64,000 nucleotides of DNA, taken from assembly GCA_041166405.1 (NCBI GenBank), contig JBEEFV010000058.1:14070-78069 (forward strand), written 5' to 3'. Both the position numbers and the translations under genes were made by a program. The notes under the pieces are model-generated. The model was not told where the DNA came from. It did no database searches and saw only the letters and a program-made list of their open reading frames with translations. Position 1 is the stretch's first letter, and each line of letters starts with the position of its first letter. Origin of the DNA: Actinomycetota bacterium (GTDB lineage Bacteria > Actinomycetota > Acidimicrobiia > Acidimicrobiales > JACCXE01). Positions 10,991 to 19,629 of the stretch are shown piece by piece.

Positions 10991-11925
10991 TCGACGTCAG
11001 CCGCCTCAGCCTCGGCTGCGCGCCGCTGGCGAACCTCTACACCGCCGTGTCGCCCGAACAGGCCGACGCGACAATTCGAGCCGCGCTCGCTGCCGGCATC
11101 ACGTACTTCGACACCGCCCCCCACTACGGCGCGGGGCTCTCCGAGATCCGCACCGGCGCCGTCCTGTCGACGCTGCCGCGCGAGTCGTTTCGGCTGTCCA
11201 CGAAGGTCGGTCGCTTACTCAAGCCCGGCGCGCCCCGACACAACATCTTCGACGACGTTCCCGATTTGCACTCGTCGTTCGACTTCACCGCCGATGGCAT
11301 CCGGCGATCGCTCGAAGCGTCGCTCGACCGTCTCGGGCTCGATCGCGTCGACCTCGTGTACGTGCACGACCCCGACGACCAGATGGACCTCGCGCTCGAC
11401 GAGGCGTTCCCCGTCCTGCGCCAGTGGCGCGACGAAGGCGTCGTCGGCGCTATCGGCGCCGGGATGAATCACGCGGCGCCGCTGGCGCGCATCGCGCGCG
11501 AGGCAGACGTGGACTGCGTCCTGCTCGCGGGCGAGTACACCCTGCTCGACCAGACCGGGTTGGAAGAACTGCTGCCGCTGTGCGCCGACACGGGCACCCC
11601 CGTCGTCGCCGCCGCTGTCTTCAACAGCGGCATCCTCGCCGACCCGTCGGACAACGCCACGTTCTTCTATTCACCGGCACCTGCCGACCTGCTCGACAAG
11701 GCGCGCCGGATCCAAGCGGTGTGCGCGCGCCACGACGTTCCGCTCGCAGCAGCGGCGATGCAGTTCCCGCTCGGCCATCCGGCGGTGGAGACCGTGCTCG
11801 TCGGCATGCGTTCGCCCGAAGAAATCTCGGCGAACACCGCGATGTTCGCCCGTACGCTGCCCGACGACCTATGGCTGGAACTGAAGAGCGAGGGGCTCCT
11901 GCCCAACCACGTGCCGACGCCCTGA
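10987..11925 (+). CDS. aldo/keto reductase (L-fucose/D-threo-aldose 1-dehydrogenase-like)
   Basis: LGCAPLANLY, FDTAPHYGAGLSE, STKVGR, VHDPD and QFPLGHP motifs. Confidence 0.88.
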   Translation: MIDVSRLSLGCAPLANLYTAVSPEQADATIRAALAAGITYFDTAPHYGAGLSEIRTGAVLSTLPRESFRLSTKVGRLLKPGAPRHNIFDDVPDLHSSFDFTADGIRRSLEASLDRLGLDRVDLVYVHDPDDQMDLALDEAFPVLRQWRDEGVVGAIGAGMNHAAPLARIAREADVDCVLLAGEYTLLDQTGLEELLPLCADTGTPVVAAAVFNSGILADPSDNATFFYSPAPADLLDKARRIQAVCARHDVPLAAAAMQFPLGHPAVETVLVGMRSPEEISANTAMFARTLPDDLWLELKSEGLLPNHVPTP

Positions 11926-12788
11926 TCAAAGGCGCCCAGGCGATCGCGTCGCGGCTCTGGGGGCCGCAAGCCTTCTGGCACCCCGGAGACCTGGCGTGGC
12001 AGTTCGCCACCGAACGCGCCCCGGGCACCATCCGGCTTTGGGACGACCGTGCGTGGGGATGGATGTACCAGCCCGACACGCTGATGCTCCAAGTCGACCC
12101 CGCAGCGCCGGAGTTGGCCGCGGAAGTCGTCGCGTGGTTCGACGACGCTCGCACGGGCGACGCGCCACGCGTCGAGGTGGGCGAAGCGGACGCGCCCGTC
12201 GTCGCGGCGCTCGCCGACGCTGGTCACGTGGAGGTGCCCGACGGGCCCTTCAGCGTGGACATGCGCTGCGTCGCGCCACCGACCGAGGTGGATCTGCCCG
12301 CGGGCTACGCGTTGCGCAGCGCTGCGGACGTGCCGGTGGCCACCCGCGTCGAAGCGCACCGCGCCGCGTGGCTTCCGACAGCACTGCCGTATCACCCCGA
12401 TCACCAGCCCACCTTCGCGGCCGACGCGACGAGTGCGTTCGACGACGTGAAGCTCGCCCGCACGCAGACGATGTATTTGTACGCCGCCGAGCGCGACTTC
12501 GTCATCACGACCGACGACGGTGATCCGGCGGCGTGCTGCACGCTGTGGTTCGATCCCGACACCGGCGCAGGCGAAATCGAACCACTCGGCGTTGTGCCCG
12601 AACACCGGCGCCGCGGCCTCGCGCAAGCGCTGTGCCGCGCTGCGCTCGACGCCGTCGCGACAGCTGGCGGCACCGAGGTCGTCATTTTCCCGCGCGGCGA
12701 CGACGCCTATCCCGCGCCGCGCGCCGCCTACTTCGCGGCGGGGTTCACGATCCGGGGACGCAGCCGCACCTACGGCCGCTCCGCCTGA
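11871..12788 (+). CDS. GNAT family N-acetyltransferase
   Basis: C-terminal EPLGVVPEHRRRGLA acetyl-CoA motif and YFAAGF; start uncertain (ATG 11871, or CTG 11922 overlapping the upstream stop). Confidence 0.8.
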   Translation: MAGTEERGAPAQPRADALIKGAQAIASRLWGPQAFWHPGDLAWQFATERAPGTIRLWDDRAWGWMYQPDTLMLQVDPAAPELAAEVVAWFDDARTGDAPRVEVGEADAPVVAALADAGHVEVPDGPFSVDMRCVAPPTEVDLPAGYALRSAADVPVATRVEAHRAAWLPTALPYHPDHQPTFAADATSAFDDVKLARTQTMYLYAAERDFVITTDDGDPAACCTLWFDPDTGAGEIEPLGVVPEHRRRGLAQALCRAALDAVATAGGTEVVIFPRGDDAYPAPRAAYFAAGFTIRGRSRTYGRSA

Positions 12789-13648
12789 CGAACTGGTCCT
12801 CCCAGCGACCGTGCGGCGGTTACTGGGAGGACCACTTCGGGTTCGGGAGCGGGCGTTTCGATGTCGACGAAGGTCGCGACCTCGCCGAAGGCGGCGCGGC
12901 GGGCGCTGCGGCGCAGCGTGATGAGGACGGTTGGTCCGACGGCGACGATGGCCACGACGTTCGTAATCGCCCGGCCGGTGTCCCATCCGATGGAAGAGCT
13001 GGCGAAGCTGAACAACAGGAACCGGTGGAGGTTTTTCACGACGGACGCACCGGCGACGAAGCTCAGCTTGTCGGCCGAGCCCGCCGTGAACGGCCAGAAC
13101 CACAGGTTGAGCAGGATCCCGAACGCGTACGCGGAGACGACTCCGTAGACGGCAAGCAGCGCGATCTCCGCGCGGCCGCGCAGGTTGCGGAGCGGCAACA
13201 ACCCCGCGCCGAGACCGATCCATGACGCGCCGAGCATCTGGAAGGGCAACCACGGGCCGACGCCGGCGGTCAGCAGCGCGGAGGTGAACATCGCCGTCGC
13301 ACCGAGCACGAAACCGAAGCCCGGTCCGTACACGCGCCCGGCGAGGATCAGCAGGAACAGCATCGTCTCGATGCCCGCGGTCCCGGCGCCGATCGGCCGC
13401 AGCACCGCGCCGATGGCCGAGAGCACGCCGAGCATGGCAAGCGTTTTCGTGTCGATGCGACCCGCGGTCATCTCGGCGAGCACGACCGCGATGAGGCAGG
13501 GCAGGAGGACGATGAACACGAGCGGCGCGTCGTTGCCGTGCGCGAGGCCATGCGGCGAGTGCAGGAACAGCGGCCACGTGAACATTGCGAGTCCGGCGCC
13601 CGAAACGAGCGTGAGGACGACCCACGAACGGAGCGAGACGCGAATCAC
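12770..13648 (-). CDS. ECF transporter S component (predicted cobalamin-specific, SCO2325/CbrT-like)
   Basis: About 7 TM helices, GPGFGF and GVGPWLPFQM motifs, WDTGRA; last gene of the B12 riboswitch operon; GTGA overlap. Confidence 0.88.
   Translation of the reverse strand: MIRVSLRSWVVLTLVSGAGLAMFTWPLFLHSPHGLAHGNDAPLVFIVLLPCLIAVVLAEMTAGRIDTKTLAMLGVLSAIGAVLRPIGAGTAGIETMLFLLILAGRVYGPGFGFVLGATAMFTSALLTAGVGPWLPFQMLGASWIGLGAGLLPLRNLRGRAEIALLAVYGVVSAYAFGILLNLWFWPFTAGSADKLSFVAGASVVKNLHRFLLFSFASSSIGWDTGRAITNVVAIVAVGPTVLITLRRSARRAAFGEVATFVDIETPAPEPEVVLPVTAARSLGGPVRQAERP
12789..12839. repeat. REP-like palindromic element, copy 1
   Basis: CGAACTGGTCCTCCCAG...CTGGGAGGACCACTTCG inverted repeat with inner ACCG/CGGT stem; closely similar element at 54305-54357. 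Confidence 0.8.
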
Positions 13649-15192
13649 GCCAACACACCGAGGGCGGCCGCGACTTCGCCGACGGTCAACCACTCCGCGG
13701 GGTACAGGATCTTCGCCACCTGCGGGGCGAACGCGGCGGACGAGCACACGACCTCCGCCGCGGGTCCGTCGGCCACGATCTCACCTTCGGCCATCACGAC
13801 CACGCGGTCCGCGACTTCGGCCACGAACTCGACGTCGTGGGTCGCGACCATCACGGCGCGGCCTTCGGCCGCGAGCTCGCGCACCACTTCCGCAAAGCGC
13901 TCCTTCGCCACCGGGTCGAGGCCGCGCGTCGGTTCGTCGAGCAACACGATGCGCGGCCCCGTGACGAGCTGGATCGCCAGGACGAGACCGAGGCGCTGGC
14001 CTTCGGACAGGTCGCGCGGGTGCGCGTCGGGATCAACTGTGCCCACCAGTCGCCGCACCAGCGCGGCCGTCGTTCCGCCGTCGGCGTGCGCGTCCTGATC
14101 GCTCTGCGCGCACTCGTCGCTGACCGACGTCAGGTAGAGGAGATCACCAGGCGACTGCGGCACGAGGCTCGCCGCCGCGGTGTCGAGGTCGTGCAGCGCC
14201 CACAGCAGCGACGACTTGCCCGAACCGTTCCGGCCCATCAGCGCGACAACCTCGCCCGGCTCGAGCGCGACGTCGACGCCGCGCACGGCCACGACGCCCG
14301 GATACTCGACAAGGACTCCCTTCGCCCGCAGCAGCGGCTCACCGGAAACGACCGAGCGGCCGCGCGCCGGTTCGGGCCGTCGCGCGAGCTCCTCGCGCAG
14401 CGGCTCGGCGAAGCGTCGCGCGTCGCGCACCGAAAGCGGGAGTGGGTCCCACTTGCACATCTGCGCGAGGGCGACGACGGGCGGCGCCAGCGGGCTCCAC
14501 GCGAACACGTCGCGCGGCGCGCCGACGGTGACGCCGCCGTCACCCGTCATGGCGATGACCCGGTCGGCGTAGTGCACGACGCGCTCGAGTCGGTGCTCGG
14601 CCGCGACGACCGTGATGCCGAGGTCGTGCACGAGTCGCGACACGGCGGCCAGCACGTCCTCGGCCGCCGTCGGATCGAGCGCCGAGGTCGGCTCGTCGAG
14701 CAGCAACACGCGCGGTTGCGCCGTGAGCACCGCCCCGATGGCGACGCGCTGCTGCTCGCCACCCGACAGCGTGCGCAGCGCGCGCGACCGCAGTTCGGCG
14801 ATCCCCAGGAGATCGAGTGTTTCCTCAACGCGCTTGCGCATCGTCGCCGGCGCGACGCCGAGCTGCTCCATCACGTACGCCAGTTCTTCTTCGACGGTAT
14901 CGGTCACGAAGCCGGCGAGCGGGTCCTGCCCGACATAACCGACGACGTCGGCGAGGTCACGTGGCATGGCGTCGCGCGTCGACCGCCCGTTCACCGTGAC
15001 CGCGCCCGACAGCACACCGCCGGTGAAATGCGGGACGAGACCGTTGACGGCGCCGAGCAACGTCGACTTGCCCACGCCCGTGCGACCGATCACCACGCAC
15101 AGTTCGCCTTCGGCGATCTCGAAGGACACGTCGCGGAACACGGGCGCGTTCGCGCCGGCGTACCCGAACGTGACGCCGTTGAACGAAATCAC
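13645..15192 (-). CDS. ECF transporter duplicated ATPase (A-A')
   Basis: Two Walker A motifs (GRTGVGKS, GRNGSGKS), LSGGEQQR/LSEGQR signatures, two LLDEPT motifs. Confidence 0.93.
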   Translation of the reverse strand: MISFNGVTFGYAGANAPVFRDVSFEIAEGELCVVIGRTGVGKSTLLGAVNGLVPHFTGGVLSGAVTVNGRSTRDAMPRDLADVVGYVGQDPLAGFVTDTVEEELAYVMEQLGVAPATMRKRVEETLDLLGIAELRSRALRTLSGGEQQRVAIGAVLTAQPRVLLLDEPTSALDPTAAEDVLAAVSRLVHDLGITVVAAEHRLERVVHYADRVIAMTGDGGVTVGAPRDVFAWSPLAPPVVALAQMCKWDPLPLSVRDARRFAEPLREELARRPEPARGRSVVSGEPLLRAKGVLVEYPGVVAVRGVDVALEPGEVVALMGRNGSGKSSLLWALHDLDTAAASLVPQSPGDLLYLTSVSDECAQSDQDAHADGGTTAALVRRLVGTVDPDAHPRDLSEGQRLGLVLAIQLVTGPRIVLLDEPTRGLDPVAKERFAEVVRELAAEGRAVMVATHDVEFVAEVADRVVVMAEGEIVADGPAAEVVCSSAAFAPQVAKILYPAEWLTVGEVAAALGVLA

Positions 15193-16235
15193 GCGACGAG
15201 CACCGGCAGCGCGCCGAGCAACACGACGACGAACGCCGCGACGGGCAGCACCGGCCATTCGAGGAGGCTCGCCGACGGGTTGAGATCGCCCGCGCTCACG
15301 CGCGCGAACGCCACGAGGCCCGCGGCTACCGCGACACCGGTGGCCGAAACCAACCACTCTGGCCGCCGCCACGGATCGGCGCGGTACACGGTCGTGGCGA
15401 TGCGACGGTTGCCGACGACGACGCCGGTTGTGCTCAACACGACACCGAGGACGAGCGCCGGCGCGCCGAGCCAACGCGAGACGGTGCCGTCGAGCAACGC
15501 GTAGGTACCGACGCACACGCCGCACAATCCGACCAGCAACGCGACGCCGCTCCAGCGCCGCGTGCGCTCGGGGATGCCGGCGACGCGACCGTGGCCGCGC
15601 GCATCCATCGCCGCGGCGAGCATGAGCGAACGGTCGAGCGCATCGGTCATGACGGGCAGGAGCACTTGGCGAACGACATGCATGCGACCGCCCGCGCCGC
15701 CGGCGCGCAGCCGCCGGGCGCGACGGACGCGGCGCGCGCTGTCGACGAGTTGCGGCGCCACCGACACGGCGACGGTGACGGCCACGCCGACCTCGTGCAG
15801 CGCGGCGGGCGCTGCTTTGATCAGTCGCTTCGGGTTGGCGAGCACGTTGGCTGCGCCGAAGCACACGAGCAACGTCGCCAAGCGCAACCCGTCGTAGAGC
15901 GCGCCGACCACGGACTCGGCCATCACTGCGCCACCGGCGCGGAGGCCCGACGACGTCGGCAGCGGGAACTCGGGCAGTCGGAACAACACGTGGGTGCCGC
16001 CGCCTCCGCCGAGCACGACGCGGAAGGCCACCCGTATCCCGATGACGATCGCCGCGAGCGTGAGGTAGCCGCGAAATCCGCCCGCGCTCGCGCGATCCGG
16101 TCGGCACGCGCGCGTGACGGCGAAGACGACGAGGAGCACGGTCGACAGCAGGAAAGGATTGGTCGTGCGGCTCGCGGCCGTCGCCAACCCGAGCGCCCAC
16201 AGCCACCACGCGCCCGGGTGCAGCTCGCGCTTCAT
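15189..16235 (-). CDS. ECF transporter T component (CbiQ/EcfT)
   Basis: HPGAWW start, TM helices, ARRLR and AMDARG coupling-helix motifs. Confidence 0.9.
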   Translation of the reverse strand: MKRELHPGAWWLWALGLATAASRTTNPFLLSTVLLVVFAVTRACRPDRASAGGFRGYLTLAAIVIGIRVAFRVVLGGGGGTHVLFRLPEFPLPTSSGLRAGGAVMAESVVGALYDGLRLATLLVCFGAANVLANPKRLIKAAPAALHEVGVAVTVAVSVAPQLVDSARRVRRARRLRAGGAGGRMHVVRQVLLPVMTDALDRSLMLAAAMDARGHGRVAGIPERTRRWSGVALLVGLCGVCVGTYALLDGTVSRWLGAPALVLGVVLSTTGVVVGNRRIATTVYRADPWRRPEWLVSATGVAVAAGLVAFARVSAGDLNPSASLLEWPVLPVAAFVVVLLGALPVLVA

Positions 16236-17005
16236 CGCCCGCGCCCGCGCAAGAACGCCACCGCGAGCACTCCGAGCCCGACCACCGCCAACCCCGAGAG
16301 GATGAAGCCGAGCGACGTGCCTCCCTTGCCCGTCTGCGTGAGGTCGACGTGGCCCAGCGCCAGCGACGTCGCCGTCTCCGCGGCCGTTGACGCCGTCGCC
16401 TCCGGTACAGAAGTGGTCGTGGTGAAGTCCGTGTGCGTAGTTGCGGGGGCTGAGCCCGGCGAACTACGCACACGGGTAGTCGTAGTGGCCGTCGCGGGGG
16501 CGCCGGCCGCGACGGTGCTCGCCGTCGCCGTCGCCGTCGTTGTCGTCGGCGCGGGTGGTACGGGATAGCGCGGTGGGCTGGCGGTATCGCTGCTCACGAA
16601 CGACCACCCTTCGTACGAACCGGGCGGCGGCTTGCGCGCGCCGGCGCCCTTCGACGAGTACTTCCAGTCCTGACCGGGCGTGGCCCAGTAGTACGCCCAG
16701 TAGTAGTCGCCCGCCGGATAGTCGGCGCAGCTGGCGTTCTCGGGCTTGGCCGCGATGCGACACACGAAGTCCTTGCCGCTCACCGTCTCGTAGCTGACGT
16801 GCGCGTTGCGGAACGCGTCGTAACCGTTGGCGATCGGTTGCGGCGCGCACCGCACGTTGACGCCGCCGCCGAGCGCCTGGAAGTCGACGACGAGCGTCAC
16901 GCCTTGCCCGTCGCTACACGCCTGGTTGGCGTCCTCGCCGCGCGACGCGAACGGGACGGTGACGAGCATCGCCGCCATCGCACCGGCGACGAGCAGCCGG
17001 CGCAT
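16232..17005 (-). CDS. membrane-anchored secreted protein, SCO2322-like (DUF4430/transcobalamin beta-domain-like)
   Basis: Signal peptide; GVTLVVDF, FVCRI..P, YWAYYWA, WKYS..GA and EGWSF motifs; Thr-rich stalk; C-terminal TM plus basic tail. Confidence 0.75.
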   Translation of the reverse strand: MRRLLVAGAMAAMLVTVPFASRGEDANQACSDGQGVTLVVDFQALGGGVNVRCAPQPIANGYDAFRNAHVSYETVSGKDFVCRIAAKPENASCADYPAGDYYWAYYWATPGQDWKYSSKGAGARKPPPGSYEGWSFVSSDTASPPRYPVPPAPTTTTATATASTVAAGAPATATTTTRVRSSPGSAPATTHTDFTTTTSVPEATASTAAETATSLALGHVDLTQTGKGGTSLGFILSGLAVVGLGVLAVAFLRGRGR

Positions 17006-18534
17006 TACTTCTGGAACGGATAGATGATGCGGCGGCGGCGCGTAGCCAACAGCAGCGCCGCACCGGTGGCGACGAGTCCGACAGCGATCTGCGCTTGGTC
17101 GGTCGTGTCGCTACCCGTGCGCACGATCGAAGGCTTCACGGTCGTCGACGTCGTGGTGCTTGCCGTCTGCGCGGCCGTCACCGTCAGCGGCGCCGAAATC
17201 GTCACGCCCGACGTTTCGCCGAGCAGGGTGACCGTGTGCGAACCCGCACCCACCGACGCCGGCAAGACGAACGACTGCGACGCGACGCCGGAATCGCCGG
17301 CGACCGGCTCGCCGACCACGACAGGGTCTGACGCAACGGTGACCTTGACCTTCTCACCGCTCGCGAACCCATTGCCCGTGACGGTGACGGTCCCACCGGT
17401 CGGCACCGAATTCGACGACAGCGCGATCGTCGTCGACGGCTCAACCGGCGCGGCTTCACCGATCAGCGGATACATCGGAAGCCCAAGCGCCAGCACTGCC
17501 TGTGACGTGGCGCGCGCCGCCAACGTCTTGCCCTGCGCGTCGAGACCGTTCGCGACGGCGTCGTCGTAGGACTCCTTGTCGCCGAGGATGGCGCCGTTGT
17601 TGTCGCCCGAGGTCAGCTGCAGCGTCTTCACGAACCCCGCACCCTTGTTGGCGCGCGGCGCATCGCCGTAGCCGCGCAACACACTCGACGCGAGACCGGT
17701 GGAGTTCGCGCTGTCGTTGGTCGCTGCCTTGAAGGCGCCGTTCGAACCCTGCGCACCGTCGAGGTACCCCACGCCGGCGTCGATCGCGGCGTCGACCGCG
17801 CTCGCCTCGTCGACGACGCCGAGTGCCATCAACGCGAACGACGTCGCGTCGGCGCTCGCCTTCGTGTCGTCGGTGCACTTGGTGTCGCCGAGTGCTTCGC
17901 GAAAGCCCCCGTTGGGACACTGCTGCAACAGCAGGTAGTTCACCGACGCCGCCGGCGCTCCGTTATCGGTCCCAGCGAGAGCGAGCACGTCGAGCGCGTC
18001 GCCGATGCCGTTGCTGTAGTCGGCTGGATCGCCAGTCTGGAAGTCGGTTGCCTTGTCGGTGAAGTGACCATTCGGCTGCATGCGGCCGCGCAGGTCGGCC
18101 TCGAGATCGTGGCCGTCGATGCTGTTCGTGTCCTTGTCGTAGACGAGGGTGAACACGATCGCCTTGCCGAGCGCGCCGGCGTACAGGGATTTCCCCGGGT
18201 CCTGACCCGTCACGTAGTCGTCGATGTTGCCCGCCACCCACGTGGCGGTGGCCTGTGCTTCGGCATCGGCGGCGCGTCCCGCCGATGCGATCGCCAGCAA
18301 TCCGTCGATCGTGAGACCGGCGTCGTCGAAGGTCTGGAAGTGGTTGTCCTGGTCGGTAAACCCGGACACGAGCTTGTGACCGTTCGCCGTCATCTGGCCT
18401 TCCAACCAGTCGACGGCCTTCGTGGCGGTCGGCGTCGCCGCGGCGTTCGCCGGGCTCGCCGCCGACAGCATCAGGGTGGCTCCGGCGCCTACCGCGAGCG
18501 CCGTTCGCAGAAATTTGGTTCGCATGTGTGTCAC
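17005..18534 (-). CDS. surface protein with prenyltransferase/squalene-oxidase-type alpha/alpha-barrel repeats, Ig-like domain and sortase-like anchor
   Basis: Signal peptide (ANA-A); repeats QPNGHF, QCPNGGF, QGSNGAF; IVRTG motif plus TM plus RRRR tail. Confidence 0.8.
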   Translation of the reverse strand: MTHMRTKFLRTALAVGAGATLMLSAASPANAAATPTATKAVDWLEGQMTANGHKLVSGFTDQDNHFQTFDDAGLTIDGLLAIASAGRAADAEAQATATWVAGNIDDYVTGQDPGKSLYAGALGKAIVFTLVYDKDTNSIDGHDLEADLRGRMQPNGHFTDKATDFQTGDPADYSNGIGDALDVLALAGTDNGAPAASVNYLLLQQCPNGGFREALGDTKCTDDTKASADATSFALMALGVVDEASAVDAAIDAGVGYLDGAQGSNGAFKAATNDSANSTGLASSVLRGYGDAPRANKGAGFVKTLQLTSGDNNGAILGDKESYDDAVANGLDAQGKTLAARATSQAVLALGLPMYPLIGEAAPVEPSTTIALSSNSVPTGGTVTVTGNGFASGEKVKVTVASDPVVVGEPVAGDSGVASQSFVLPASVGAGSHTVTLLGETSGVTISAPLTVTAAQTASTTTSTTVKPSIVRTGSDTTDQAQIAVGLVATGAALLLATRRRRIIYPFQK

Positions 18535-18627
18535 TTTCTTGATGGGTCCGCGGCGACGGACCCCTACGCGACAGCTGCGCCATGGGGCTCACGTTCCGCA
18601 AACTCGACGGTTGGTTGAGCCAAACCA

Positions 18628-18717
18628 CGTAGGCAGGCGATCCGACTTCCAAGCTCCTGGCGAGCTGGTCACGGTTGCGGGTCAGCGCCGGATTTGCACC
18701 GGCTTCCCCCACCTACG
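18628..18717 (-). ncRNA. cobalamin riboswitch
   Basis: Minus strand reads CGTAGG..GGGGAAGCCGGTGCAAATCCGGCGCTGACCCGCAACCGTGA...AAGTCGGATCGCCTGCCTACG, matching the cobalamin core and B12 box, with CGTAGG/CCTACG closing stem; upstream of the ECF operon. Confidence 0.92.
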
Positions 18718-18738
18718 GGTTATGTAATTGGCAACACC

Positions 18739-19599
18739 CTAGCTATCGAGCGCCGAACGAACCTCGTCCAAGTAGTCGATGTGCTGCTCGACGTCGGTAA
18801 AGCCGTGATTCATCGTCGACACCGACGCGTGCGTCCCGCCGGCGTCGCGCCACGAACCCATGTGTTCGGCGACGCGCCCAGCACCCGAGGTCGAGAACAC
18901 GACCGTCTCGGCGCCGAAGTCGTCGACCGAGCGTCCGTTGGCGACAATCGACTCGCGCATGCGATCCCACATCTCGATGACGTTGTCGGTTCGCCCACCG
19001 AAGATGAAGCCGTCGGCGACGCGCGCCGCGCGCGCGAACGCGGCGCGCCCGTAGCCGCCCATCCAAATGGGCACGGGCCGCTTCGGCTTCGGAAGCAACG
19101 ACGCGCGGTCGACGCGATCGAACTGTCCCGCAAACTCCACGACCGGCTCGGTCCACAACCGCCGCAGCAACGCGATCTGTTCTTCCTGGCGCTTGCCGCG
19201 CGTGTGAAAATCCTGGCCGAGCGCGTCGTATTCGACGTAGTTCCAGCCGACGCCGACGCCCAGGCGGAACCTCCCGCCGGTGAAGAGGTCGAGGTCGGCG
19301 GCCTGGCGCGCCACCAGCACCGTTTGGCGTTGCGGAAGGATGATGATGCCGCTGAAGAATCCGAGGCGAGGCGTGATGCCCGCCAGGTACGAGAACATCA
19401 TCAGCGGATCGTGGAACGGGTCGTTCTCGGTGTACGGCCCGAGCAGCGGTGGCTCGCGTCCCTCGTGCACCGCGCCGAGGACGTGGTCGTAGGCGACGAG
19501 GTGGTCGTAGCCGAGCTCCTCTACCGCGGTCGCGAAGCGGCGCAGCGCCTCGGGGCTCCCGCCGAGTTCGATCTGGGGGTAGACGACACCAATCTCCAT
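18739..19599 (-). CDS. LLM-class F420-dependent oxidoreductase
   Basis: AVEELGYDHL..YDHV, ILPQRQ..LVA, GRFRLGVGVGW...EY and PIWMGG motifs. Confidence 0.88.
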   Translation of the reverse strand: MEIGVVYPQIELGGSPEALRRFATAVEELGYDHLVAYDHVLGAVHEGREPPLLGPYTENDPFHDPLMMFSYLAGITPRLGFFSGIIILPQRQTVLVARQAADLDLFTGGRFRLGVGVGWNYVEYDALGQDFHTRGKRQEEQIALLRRLWTEPVVEFAGQFDRVDRASLLPKPKRPVPIWMGGYGRAAFARAARVADGFIFGGRTDNVIEMWDRMRESIVANGRSVDDFGAETVVFSTSGAGRVAEHMGSWRDAGGTHASVSTMNHGFTDVEQHIDYLDEVRSALDS

Positions 19600-19605
19600 C
19601 GCGCA

Positions 19606-19621
19606 ACCGTACGTATACGGT
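19606..19621. promoter_or_regulatory. back-to-back -10 elements (candidate bidirectional leaderless promoter)
   Basis: ACCGTA-CGTA-TACGGT gives TACGGT on both strands, 6 nt and 8 nt before the divergent start codons (19599 and 19630). Confidence 0.55.
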
Positions 19622-19629
19622 GCATGGCC

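Noticed and set aside
13645-16473. Apparent 942-aa ATPase
   Set aside because: The N-terminal extension overlaps the T-component gene; the real start is GTG 15192
17005-18534. Squalene-hopene cyclase or prenyltransferase enzyme call
   Set aside because: Secreted and wall-anchored, no DXDD motif, and under a B12 riboswitch; the repeats are structural
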